Shown: piece by piece, positions 43,096-51,462 of the stretch
Numbering within the stretch: position 1 is the stretch's first letter
How the letters are laid out: each line of letters begins with the position of its first letter
NCBI GenBank assembly: GCA_016179745.1
Contig: JACPCP010000017.1
Coordinates: forward strand, 2,626-66,625
DNA from: Candidatus Omnitrophota bacterium
Lineage (GTDB): Bacteria; Omnitrophota; Omnitrophia; Omnitrophales; JACQLI01
Length of the DNA stretch: 64,000 nucleotides
Direction: 5' to 3'
Made by a program: the position numbers and the translations under genes
Notes under the pieces: generated by a model
Databases searched by the model: none
Told to the model about the DNA's origin: nothing
Seen by the model: the letters and a program-made list of their open reading frames with translations, nothing else

Positions 43096-44386
43096 TTTTC
43101 CCCGGAGGGTGGTCGTCACGGGCCTCGGGGCCGTCACACCGCTCGGGAATTCCGTCGCCGAAAATTGGAAGAACTGGACCGCCGGAAAATCCGGGATTGG
43201 GCCCATTTCCCTTTTTGACGCCAGCGAGTTTCCCGTGAGGATCGCCGGCGAAGTGAAAAATTTTGATTTCAATTCATGGAAGCATCGCCAGCCGGGAATG
43301 GCCTCGGCCGGCCGCTCGACCTTTTTTACCCTGCAGGCGGCCGAAGAGGCCTTTCGGGAGGCCGGCCTCAAAATGGAGGCGGAGGACCCGGAGCGGGTCG
43401 GGATTTATTTTGCGGCCGGCGATTGGGGGATCAATCTGGAGGGATTCATTGCCACGGTTTGTTCCTCGTGGGGGGAGAACGGCAGAGTGGTGGACCCGGA
43501 ATCTTATCTGGTGCGGAGCCGGGATTACCTGGAAGGTTTCCGGGAACTGGAGATCCAGCCTTTCATGACGGTCAAACATTTGGCGGGACAATTCAAAATT
43601 AAAGGCCCGGTCTCAAGCTGCCTGACGGCTTGTGCGGCCTCGTCGCAGGCGATCGGCGAGGCCTTTGAATGGATTCGCCGGGGCGAAACCGATATCGTTT
43701 TGTCCGGCGGGGCCCACTCGATGATTTACCCTTTCGGCGTGGCGGGCTTCAGCCAGCTCACGGTCCTCTCGAAGCGAAATGACGAGCCCGAGCGGGCCTC
43801 CCGGCCCTTTGACAAAGAGCGGGACGGTTTCGTGCTTTCGGAAGGCGCCGCCGTCCTCGTCCTGGAAGAACTCGGCCACGCCCTCAAAAGGGGCGCCCCG
43901 GTTTACGGGGAGATCACCGGTTACGGGTCCACGGCCGACGCCTACCGATTGACGGACATGGACCCCGAGGGGGACGGGGCGTGCCGGGCCATTTCGGGGG
44001 CGCTTCGAAAATCAGGGCTGGGGCCGGGTGACATCGATTACATCAATGCCCACGGCACGGCCACTTTCGTGAACGATACGATCGAAACCCTGGCCATCAA
44101 AAAGGTTTTCGGTGAGCGGGCCTACGAAATTCCGGTGAGCTCGATCAAATCCATGCTCGGCCACACGATTGCGGCGGCCGGGGCAACGGAGGTGATCGCT
44201 TGTCTCCTTGCAATCCGGGATGGAATCCTTCCGCCGACCATCAATTACGAGGAGCCGGACCCGGCCTGCGACCTTGATTATGTCCCGAACGAGGCCCGGT
44301 CAGGGAAAGTCGACGCTGCCTTGAGCAATTCCTTCGGCTTCGGCGGGCAGAATATCTGCCTCCTTGTGGAGCGCTATGAAGGCTAG
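43085..44386 (+). CDS. Beta-ketoacyl-ACP synthase (FabF/KAS II-like, catalytic triad intact)
   Basis: RVVVTGLGAVTPLG, GPVSSCLTACAASSQAIGEAF (Cys), INAHGTAT, KSMLGHTIAAAG. ATG at 43085 overlaps the upstream KS gene. Confidence 0.85.
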   Translation: MKNNFPRRVVVTGLGAVTPLGNSVAENWKNWTAGKSGIGPISLFDASEFPVRIAGEVKNFDFNSWKHRQPGMASAGRSTFFTLQAAEEAFREAGLKMEAEDPERVGIYFAAGDWGINLEGFIATVCSSWGENGRVVDPESYLVRSRDYLEGFRELEIQPFMTVKHLAGQFKIKGPVSSCLTACAASSQAIGEAFEWIRRGETDIVLSGGAHSMIYPFGVAGFSQLTVLSKRNDEPERASRPFDKERDGFVLSEGAAVLVLEELGHALKRGAPVYGEITGYGSTADAYRLTDMDPEGDGACRAISGALRKSGLGPGDIDYINAHGTATFVNDTIETLAIKKVFGERAYEIPVSSIKSMLGHTIAAAGATEVIACLLAIRDGILPPTINYEEPDPACDLDYVPNEARSGKVDAALSNSFGFGGQNICLLVERYEG

Positions 44387-45485
44387 ACCCCCCCGGAATT
44401 TATTCGTGACGGGCGCCACGGGCGGCATCGGGAGGGAGCTCGTCCGGATGTTTCTTGAGGAGACGCCGGACCGGCTTTTTCTTTTGGTGCGGGCGAAGAA
44501 CTCTGATTCCGAAGAAGTCAGGATCGAAAAACTTCTCAAGAAAATCGGCACGAACGGCGCCTCCAAAGACCGGATCCGGGTCGTCTCGGGCGACCTGACC
44601 CAGCCCAGGCTCGGGCTCAGCCCCGGGGATTGGGAAACCGTGACCCGCCAGACGGACGAGTTTTATCACATTGCGGCGTTGACAAACCTGGGGGCGGAGT
44701 GGGACCTCTCGGAAAAAATCAATCTACACGGAACAAATTGTGTTCTCGAGACGGCGAAGGAGGCCCTGCGGTCGGGCCGTCTGAAACGGTTTTTCTATTT
44801 CAGCACGGCCTACGTGGCCGGAAGCTTCACCCGCATCTGCTCGCTTGAAGATGAACTTCCCGAGAACCCCTCGTTTGCCAATAATTACGAAGCGACAAAA
44901 TACCTGGCGGAGAAGCGGGTCCGTGAGGAAATGGCGCAGGGCCTTCCTGCCGTGATCTTCCGGCCGAGCATTGTGGTGGGGGATTCAAAGCGGGGGGCCG
45001 TCTCCGAATTCAAGGTGATTTATCCCTTTTGGCGGCTCTTTGCCCACGGCCTTCTAAAAAAGCTGCCGTCCCGCCTCGAGAATTCCTTCAATATCGTCCC
45101 CATCGATTTTGTGGTGGAGGCCGCCTTTCACCTTTCCCGGCGGGACGATTCGGTCGGGAAAACGTTTCACCTTGTGACGGAAAATCCGCCCACGCTCGGA
45201 CTCCTGCTCCGAGTCAAGGAGGAGTTCGGGATTTCCTCGCCGGTCGAGGTCATTCCCCCGGAGGAATTTTCGGTGGAGACGCTCGACCCCTTTGAGCGGG
45301 AGATTTTCTCGAAGATCGACCCTTACCTCGGCTACCTCACGAGCTCGCTCAGTTTTGACACCCAAAATGCCCGGAAGTTCCTTCGAGGCACGGGGACCGA
45401 TTTTCCAAAGACCGACCGGAATTTTTTGAAGAAGGTCCTCGGTTACGCCCTCGAAAAGGGATACTTCCTCAAGCTTACGGCCTGA
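44376..45485 (+). CDS. Thioester/fatty-acyl reductase-type SDR (NAD-binding 'male sterility' family-like)
   Basis: LFVTGATGGIGRELV, FLLVRAKNSDSEEVRIEKLL, VSGDLTQPRLGLS, FYFSTAYVAG, NNYEATKYLAEK (YxxxK). Confidence 0.7.
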   Translation: MKARPPRNLFVTGATGGIGRELVRMFLEETPDRLFLLVRAKNSDSEEVRIEKLLKKIGTNGASKDRIRVVSGDLTQPRLGLSPGDWETVTRQTDEFYHIAALTNLGAEWDLSEKINLHGTNCVLETAKEALRSGRLKRFFYFSTAYVAGSFTRICSLEDELPENPSFANNYEATKYLAEKRVREEMAQGLPAVIFRPSIVVGDSKRGAVSEFKVIYPFWRLFAHGLLKKLPSRLENSFNIVPIDFVVEAAFHLSRRDDSVGKTFHLVTENPPTLGLLLRVKEEFGISSPVEVIPPEEFSVETLDPFEREIFSKIDPYLGYLTSSLSFDTQNARKFLRGTGTDFPKTDRNFLKKVLGYALEKGYFLKLTA

Positions 45486-45664
45486 CGCCAAGCCTTCCCA
45501 AAGACATCCCTGCACAATTTGACTTTCGGTTTCAGAATTTTTCGGTAGAATAAAAGCCGTTTTATTCAGCAGAATCAGGGTTGCGGGCGATTTTATCGTC
45601 CTGCGGAAAGATCGGATAAGCCTGCGAGAGCAGGGATATTGCTGGAAATTCCTTCCGGTAGACA

Positions 45665-45705
45665 CGATTTACCCTTAGAACCAAAAAACTAAGGAGGGTA
45701 AATCG
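45665..45705 (+). promoter_or_regulatory. 11-bp inverted repeat pairing with the SD and abutting the ORF6N start codon
   Basis: CGATTTACCCT (45665-45675), a 19-nt loop, then AGGGTAAATCG (45695-45705), followed directly by ATG at 45706. The right arm overlaps AAGGAGGG. Confidence 0.5.
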
Positions 45706-46302
45706 ATGAAAAAGAAAACTTCCCGCCAGATCGTTCCCCTTGAGATGATTGAGGAACGTATCTTCGTGATCCACGGAGTAAAGGTCATTCTGGATTCAGA
45801 TTTGGCTGAACTCTATGGAGTTTCAACCAAACGCCTGAATGAACAGGTCAGGCGCAATCGCACCAAGTTTCCGGAGGATTTTATGTTTCAGTTGACTCAA
45901 CGGGAGACCCAAGAGCTTTCCCGTTCGAGGTCACGAGAGGCGGCTTCGGAAGAGGGGATCGACTTGAGGTCGCAAAATGCGACCTCAAGTGGGTATGGCG
46001 GACGTCGTTACCTCCCTTACGCTTTTACCGAATATGGGGCGCTTCAGGCTGCCAATGTTGTGAACAGTCCCAAAGCCACAGCCATGAGCCTCTACATCAT
46101 TCGTGCTTTTGTGCGGATGCGGGAGATTTTTGTGGTCAACCAAATCTTGGAAACTAGACTGACCGAAATCGAAAAATTCCTACTGAGTCACGACGGAGAA
46201 TTAAAAGACCTCCACGAGAAGATTAAAAGATTGCTCGTGCCGCCAAAAACAGACGCCATTGGCTTTAAGTTGACGTCTCTCCGGCCGGGAAAGATTGGGT
46301 AA
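45706..46302 (+). CDS. ORF6N (KilA-N-related) domain protein
   Basis: IFVIHGVKVILDSDLAELYGVSTKRLNEQVRRNRTKFPEDFMFQLT...LPYAFTEYGALQAANVVNSPKA is the characteristic ORF6N pattern. Confidence 0.8.
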   Translation: MKKKTSRQIVPLEMIEERIFVIHGVKVILDSDLAELYGVSTKRLNEQVRRNRTKFPEDFMFQLTQRETQELSRSRSREAASEEGIDLRSQNATSSGYGGRRYLPYAFTEYGALQAANVVNSPKATAMSLYIIRAFVRMREIFVVNQILETRLTEIEKFLLSHDGELKDLHEKIKRLLVPPKTDAIGFKLTSLRPGKIG

Positions 46303-46306
46303 ACGG

Positions 46307-46327
46307 GTGGTCACAATCTGTGACCAC
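46307..46327 (+). terminator. Perfect 9-bp palindrome GTGGTCACA-ATC-TGTGACCAC after the ORF6N gene
   Basis: It lies 5 nt after the stop and is followed by TTATCC. It could be a hairpin terminator or a protein-binding palindrome. Confidence 0.4.
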
Positions 46328-46471
46328 TTATCCTGATGTTCCATTGAAGGGGAACGAGTGGTGATGTTGAAGGGCCGGCGGCAACCCCATCGAGGAGCTG
46401 AGTTTGTTGAGCTTTCCCGTAAAGAGAGGAGCCGGTCGCTCCCGGGTAGGGGAGTCACCCGCCTCCCAGCC

Positions 46472-47563
46472 TTAACGCCACTTGACTTCTTTTTTTTGAA
46501 GGGCGTGCCAGGCGGCGTCGGCTAAAATTCCGGCCAGGATGAAACCCGCCAGCGGGTGTAAAAGCGAGTAACCTCTCGGAGCCCCCACAATTTCCGAGGC
46601 CTTCCAGGCCACCAGAACAATTAGAAAGAGAACCGAGAGACCGGCTGGAAAAAAGAAAAAGGGGAGGGTTGAGAAGGCGAAAACTGAGAGCGCCTTTGCG
46701 AGAAGGCGAGCTGGATTTTTCTCGAAGGCGTGAAGGTAAATCCGCCGCCAGCCGAGCCAGATTCCACGAAGCGAGCGATACATTCGAGTCCCAAAAATTT
46801 TTGTCCCGAAGGCGCATTCGATCCGGAACCGGGCCGCCTTCGCCAGCCTCACAAGCGCAAAATCCTCCAGAAACTCACCTTTTACTTTTTCGTGCCCGCC
46901 GAGCGATTCGTAAACCTTTTTTCGAATCATCAGAAATTGCCCGTTGCCGAAAACGACCGGGGAATCAGGGTCGTTCACTTTGGCGAAAGGGAACCAGAGT
47001 CCGAGGAAAGCCATCGCCGCCGGCTGCAGAGTTTTTTCCCAGAACCCTTCGGCCAGACACCGGGGGGTGAGGGTCAGAAGATCAAGATTTTTTCCTTGGG
47101 CGTGGGCGAGGACGCTCGCTATCATTTGAGGTTCGTGGCGGGTGTCGGCGTCTGTAAAAAGGAGCCATTCGCCTTGGGCGTGGGGCGCTCCGTGCGCTAA
47201 GGCCCAGTTCTTGCCAGTCCACCCGGGGGGCACGGGAGGGGCATTCAGGATTTTGACCCGCTCGGGATGGGAACGGCTGTATTCCGAAAGAATTTCCGGG
47301 GTCCGGTCAGTGGAATGGTCATTCGTGACGATAATTTCTAGTGCGGGAAAATCCTGGCGGAGGAGGCCCTCCAGGCAATTTCCGATATTGTCTTCCTCAT
47401 TTTTGACGGGGATGAGCACGGAAACGGAAGGCAGGGGTTGGGCTGAACCCGAGGAACGCATTTCGACCGTGGGGGTTTCCTTCAAGGCCCGGAGCGCCCG
47501 CCAGGCCCGGGCGAGCCAGACGAGCGCCGTGAGGAGATAAAATGAAAAGAGAAGGTTTCCCAT
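46472..47563 (-). CDS. Family 2 glycosyltransferase with membrane-spanning termini
   Basis: VSVLIPVKNEEDNIGNCLEGLLRQDFP..EIIVTNDHSTDRT, LLFTDADT (DxD), and C-terminal TM segments. Confidence 0.8.
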   Translation of the reverse strand: MGNLLFSFYLLTALVWLARAWRALRALKETPTVEMRSSGSAQPLPSVSVLIPVKNEEDNIGNCLEGLLRQDFPALEIIVTNDHSTDRTPEILSEYSRSHPERVKILNAPPVPPGWTGKNWALAHGAPHAQGEWLLFTDADTRHEPQMIASVLAHAQGKNLDLLTLTPRCLAEGFWEKTLQPAAMAFLGLWFPFAKVNDPDSPVVFGNGQFLMIRKKVYESLGGHEKVKGEFLEDFALVRLAKAARFRIECAFGTKIFGTRMYRSLRGIWLGWRRIYLHAFEKNPARLLAKALSVFAFSTLPFFFFPAGLSVLFLIVLVAWKASEIVGAPRGYSLLHPLAGFILAGILADAAWHALQKKEVKWR

Positions 47564-47589
47564 TGAAGGCGAATTAAGGTAGCACAAAA

Positions 47590-49941
47590 ATGAGCCGCCT
47601 ATTTAGAAAATTAGCCGGGGCCGTCCTGGACCTCCAGTGGGTCATTCTGCTCCTTTATCTTTTAATCACGCTTCTTTTTGTCTTTGCCTTCAAGTCGCTT
47701 AAAATCGACCCCTCGACCGAGGCGCTCTTTGCGAAAAACACGCCGGAATACCGTTTCTACCAGGACTTCAAAAACCATTTCGGGAGCGACCACCTGGTCG
47801 CCATTGCGATTGAGACCTCCGACTATCTCCGGCCCACCCCTCTGAAGCTGACTCATATTTTGACTCAGGTCCTTTCCTCCGACAACCGGGTGGACCGGGT
47901 CGTGAGCCTGACGAACGTCCTCGACATCAAACACAAGGCCCTCGGCGTAAAAATTGAGCCGATGATCACAGGACTTTTTGAGGGGGAGAAGTCCCTTGAG
48001 GAATTCAGGGCCGAGGCGCTTGGCCATCCCTTTGTGCAGGGCAACCTCCTTTCCCGGGACGGGAAGGTGGGGGCCATTCTGGTGCGGCTCAAGACGAAAC
48101 CCGGGGACCCTGATTTTCTCAAGGGTTACATCGGAGAACTCCGGGAGATTTTGAGGAAATTTCCGTGGCGGGGCGCCCGTTTTTATGTGGCAGGCTCCCC
48201 GGTCGAGCAGTATGACCTCGTGGATTACATTCGAAGGGACCAGGCTTTCTTCGTTCCCGCCGTGGGACTTTTTCTGGTCCTCGCCACCTTCCTGATTTAT
48301 CGAAACCCGGCGAATGTCGTGGTGGCGATGTCGGTGGTCTTCACGACGCTCCTCTGGACCTTCGGCACGGTGGCCCTCCTCGGCCGGCCGCTCGACCTCG
48401 TGAATTCACTCCTGGCGCCTGTGGTGATGATAATTTCCGTGACGAGCGTCATCTATGTGATCAACCTTTTCTCCGAACTCCGACCGCACCACCCGAGCCT
48501 CCGGGAGTCGATTTGTCTCACGGTGGAGCACCTCGGCGTGCCCTGCCTTCTCACCTCGGCCACGATCATGTCGGGCTTTCTGTCGCTCGGGCTCAATCCC
48601 GTTCCGGCCGTGCAAAGCTTTGGGCTCTTCGCCTCTCTTGGCACCTTCTATGCCTATGTCGTGACGATGGGCCTCACACCCATCCTTCTCCCGCTCCTTC
48701 CTTTTAAGAAAGGCTGGCGGCAGGACCCCGGGCGGCACTTCTTCACCCGCACCGTTATTTTCTATCTGGAAAATATCGAATTTCACCTGAAGTGGGTTCT
48801 CCTGGGCGGCATCCTCCTCCTTTTGATTCTCGCCGGCTTTGGAATCGGGAAAATCCGGGTGGACACCAACCTCATCCGGGACTTGCCGGCCACGTCCCCC
48901 CTGGCAGTGGCGACTCACTTTATCGATGAGCGGCTCACAGGCGTCTACTCCCTCGGACTTTCCGTGTCCCGGACGGACGGAAAATCAATTGTCTCCCTGA
49001 AAACATTTCGCAAACTTGAGAGGCTCCTCCAATTTCTGGAGCGCCAGCCTGAGATCGCCAAGGTCAATTCGCTGGCGACCCTTGTCAAAAAAGTCCACGA
49101 GGCCCGGGTGGGGGGGCCGGCCGGTTTCAGGATCCCCGAGGAGGCGTCGACGCTTGAGACTTATCTGGAAAAGATGGCCGAATCCGACAATCCGGATTTC
49201 TGGAGTTTTATTTCCCGGGATTTTCGCCATCTCAGGCTGGAGGCCCGGATGAAGGCCGTGGGGACGGAGAGGGGGCGGGCGATGGAAGACCGGATCTGGG
49301 ATTATCTTCGGAGGCATTGGGGGCCGGAATATGAGATCAAGATCACGGGGAGCGTTTTCCTTTTGGGGCAGATGGCCGAGCGGCTCGTGGCCAACCAGAT
49401 TGAGAGTCTGGGCCTGGCCTTTCTCGTGATCCTTGGCCTCATCATGATTTTTTTCCGCTCGTGGAAAATGGCCGTGCTGGCCGCCATTCCCAATTTGGTC
49501 CCGATGGCCGGTCTTTTCGCCCTGATGGGATTTCTCGGGGTAGAGCTTTCGACGCCGACGGCGATGATCTCCAGTGTCGTGCTGGGCCTGGTGGTGGACG
49601 CCTCCATCCAGTTTCTCTACCGGTTCCGTTATGAGTTCCGGCACCGGGGCCATTATTTGCAGGCGCTTCACCACACCTACCGGAATGTGGGGCAGGCCAT
49701 GGTGGTGACGACGATGATTTTGGTTTTTGGATTTGCCTCGAGCGTCTTCGCCAGCTTCCGGCCCACGGTTTATTTCGGGGTCCTGACGAGCATCACCATC
49801 CTTTTCTCCCTCGTCTGCACTCTGGTTCTCCTTCCGGTCGTGCTGGTGATGATGAAACCCTTTGGCCCGCAGCGCCTTGTGAGCCGCTCCCCGAAACAAA
49901 CTTTGACACTCCAAAAGCACTCATCTATAATCGACGCCTAA
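47590..49941 (+). CDS. MMPL/RND-superfamily exporter (HpnN-like, 12 TM)
   Basis: N-terminal TM, then YRFYQDFKNHFGSDHLVAIAIE. The two halves are duplicated, each with a TM bundle. Size and topology are typical of MMPL lipid exporters. Confidence 0.75.
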   Translation: MSRLFRKLAGAVLDLQWVILLLYLLITLLFVFAFKSLKIDPSTEALFAKNTPEYRFYQDFKNHFGSDHLVAIAIETSDYLRPTPLKLTHILTQVLSSDNRVDRVVSLTNVLDIKHKALGVKIEPMITGLFEGEKSLEEFRAEALGHPFVQGNLLSRDGKVGAILVRLKTKPGDPDFLKGYIGELREILRKFPWRGARFYVAGSPVEQYDLVDYIRRDQAFFVPAVGLFLVLATFLIYRNPANVVVAMSVVFTTLLWTFGTVALLGRPLDLVNSLLAPVVMIISVTSVIYVINLFSELRPHHPSLRESICLTVEHLGVPCLLTSATIMSGFLSLGLNPVPAVQSFGLFASLGTFYAYVVTMGLTPILLPLLPFKKGWRQDPGRHFFTRTVIFYLENIEFHLKWVLLGGILLLLILAGFGIGKIRVDTNLIRDLPATSPLAVATHFIDERLTGVYSLGLSVSRTDGKSIVSLKTFRKLERLLQFLERQPEIAKVNSLATLVKKVHEARVGGPAGFRIPEEASTLETYLEKMAESDNPDFWSFISRDFRHLRLEARMKAVGTERGRAMEDRIWDYLRRHWGPEYEIKITGSVFLLGQMAERLVANQIESLGLAFLVILGLIMIFFRSWKMAVLAAIPNLVPMAGLFALMGFLGVELSTPTAMISSVVLGLVVDASIQFLYRFRYEFRHRGHYLQALHHTYRNVGQAMVVTTMILVFGFASSVFASFRPTVYFGVLTSITILFSLVCTLVLLPVVLVMMKPFGPQRLVSRSPKQTLTLQKHSSIIDA

Positions 49942-49968
49942 ACTTAGAAACATTTAGTTCCAATCCAA

Positions 49969-51462
49969 ATGCCTCAAGACTCTGAACACGTCCGGGAAAG
50001 AAAAGCGAAGCGGGAAGCCTGCCTCAAGCAGGGGATGGCCCCTTACGGGGAAAGATTTTTGCCCATCGAGTCTTTGCAGGCGGTCCTGGACCGTTTTGAA
50101 GAGGGCCGCAAGGTGCGGATCGCCGGCAGACTGATGGCCCGCCGAAGCCACGGCAAAAGCACGTTTTGCGATTTAAAAGACGAGACGGCGAAGGTCCAAA
50201 TCTACGTCAAGCAAGAAACCCTGGGGCCCGAGGGTTACGAGCAATTTTCCAACCTGGACCTGGGCGACATCGTGGGCCTCGAAGGCTCTCTTTTTCTTTC
50301 CAAGATGGGCGAGCGCACGGTGAAGATCGAAAAATTCACCCTGCTCTCCAAAATCCTCCAGGTCCTCCCGGAAAAATGGCACGGCCTGAAAGATGTCGAG
50401 ACCCGTTACCGCCAGCGCTCCGTGGATTTGATGGTCAATGACGAGGTCCGGCAGGCCTTCCGCCGGCGGAGTCAAATCGTCCGTCAAATCCGTCAATTCC
50501 TGGACGAGCGGGGATTTTTGGAGGTGGAGACGCCGATGATGCAGCCCATCCCGGGCGGCGCCCGGGCCCGTCCTTTCGTGACGCATCACGAGGCCCTGGG
50601 GATGGATCTCTATCTCAGGGTGGCGCCGGAGCTTTATCTGAAGAGGCTCCTCGTGGGAGGGATGGAAAAAATTTATGAGATCAACCGCAATTTCAGGAAT
50701 GAGGGCCTTTCTGTCCGCCACAATCCCGAATTTACGATGCTCGAACTTTACCAGGCCTATGCCGATTATACCGACATGATGAACCTCACAGAGGAGCTCA
50801 TCTCGGGCCTGGCCCAAAGCCTGCACGGCGCCGAAGAGCTTGTCTTTGGCGACCGGGCCGTTCATTTCAAGCGGCCGTGGAAACGGATTTCCTTTTACGA
50901 GGCGCTCCGGGAGAAAACCAAAGTTGACTGGCGCAGGGCGGATATCAAGAAGGAGGCCAAAAAACTCGGGATTGAGTTTGCCCCGGCGGACGAGGCCATC
51001 GATGTTTTAAACTCCGTTTTCGGCGAGGTGGTGGAGCCGGACCTTTGGGAGCCCACGTTTGTGATCGACTACCCGGCGCTTCTGACACCGCTGGCGAAAC
51101 CGAAGGAAGACGACCCGGAGCTTGTCTACCGGTTTGAGCTTTACATCGGAAAAATGGAAATCGCCAATGCCTTTTCGGAATTGAATGACCCTGTGATCCA
51201 GCGGGAGCGCCTCGAAAAGCAGGTGGAGATCATCGGCGGGACCAAAAAAATCGACGAAGATTTCCTGACGGCCCTCGAATTTGCCATGCCTCCCGCAGGC
51301 GGGCTCGGGATCGGGATCGACCGCCTGGTCATGATCCTGACCAATCGTTCGTCGATCCGGGAAGTGATTCTTTTTCCGCAGCTTCGGTTGTCCCCCCACC
51401 TTAATCCTCCCCCCGCTTCAGCGGGGGGAGGAGAGGAGGAGGGCGGAGTCCTTCTGTCATGA
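49969..51462 (+). CDS. lysS: Lysine--tRNA ligase (class II) with ~25-aa C-terminal tail
   Basis: RIAGRLMARRSHGKSTFCDLKD, RYRQRSVDLM, FLEVETPMMQ, YEINRNFRNEG, FELYIGKMEIANAFSELND, GGLGIGIDRLVM. Confidence 0.95.
   Translation: MPQDSEHVRERKAKREACLKQGMAPYGERFLPIESLQAVLDRFEEGRKVRIAGRLMARRSHGKSTFCDLKDETAKVQIYVKQETLGPEGYEQFSNLDLGDIVGLEGSLFLSKMGERTVKIEKFTLLSKILQVLPEKWHGLKDVETRYRQRSVDLMVNDEVRQAFRRRSQIVRQIRQFLDERGFLEVETPMMQPIPGGARARPFVTHHEALGMDLYLRVAPELYLKRLLVGGMEKIYEINRNFRNEGLSVRHNPEFTMLELYQAYADYTDMMNLTEELISGLAQSLHGAEELVFGDRAVHFKRPWKRISFYEALREKTKVDWRRADIKKEAKKLGIEFAPADEAIDVLNSVFGEVVEPDLWEPTFVIDYPALLTPLAKPKEDDPELVYRFELYIGKMEIANAFSELNDPVIQRERLEKQVEIIGGTKKIDEDFLTALEFAMPPAGGLGIGIDRLVMILTNRSSIREVILFPQLRLSPHLNPPPASAGGGEEEGGVLLS
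51406..51431 (+). other. Perfect GC hairpin CCTCCCCCCGC-TTCA-GCGGGGGGAGG inside the lysS 3' tail
   Basis: 11-bp stem and 4-nt loop, translated as part of ...NPPPASAGGGEE... Confidence 0.7.

Noticed and set aside
46330-46471. Possible structured RNA between the convergent ORF6N and GT2 genes
   Set aside because: The region is GC-rich with short local complementarities. I could not fold it by eye into any known tRNA or riboswitch shape, so the evidence is insufficient.
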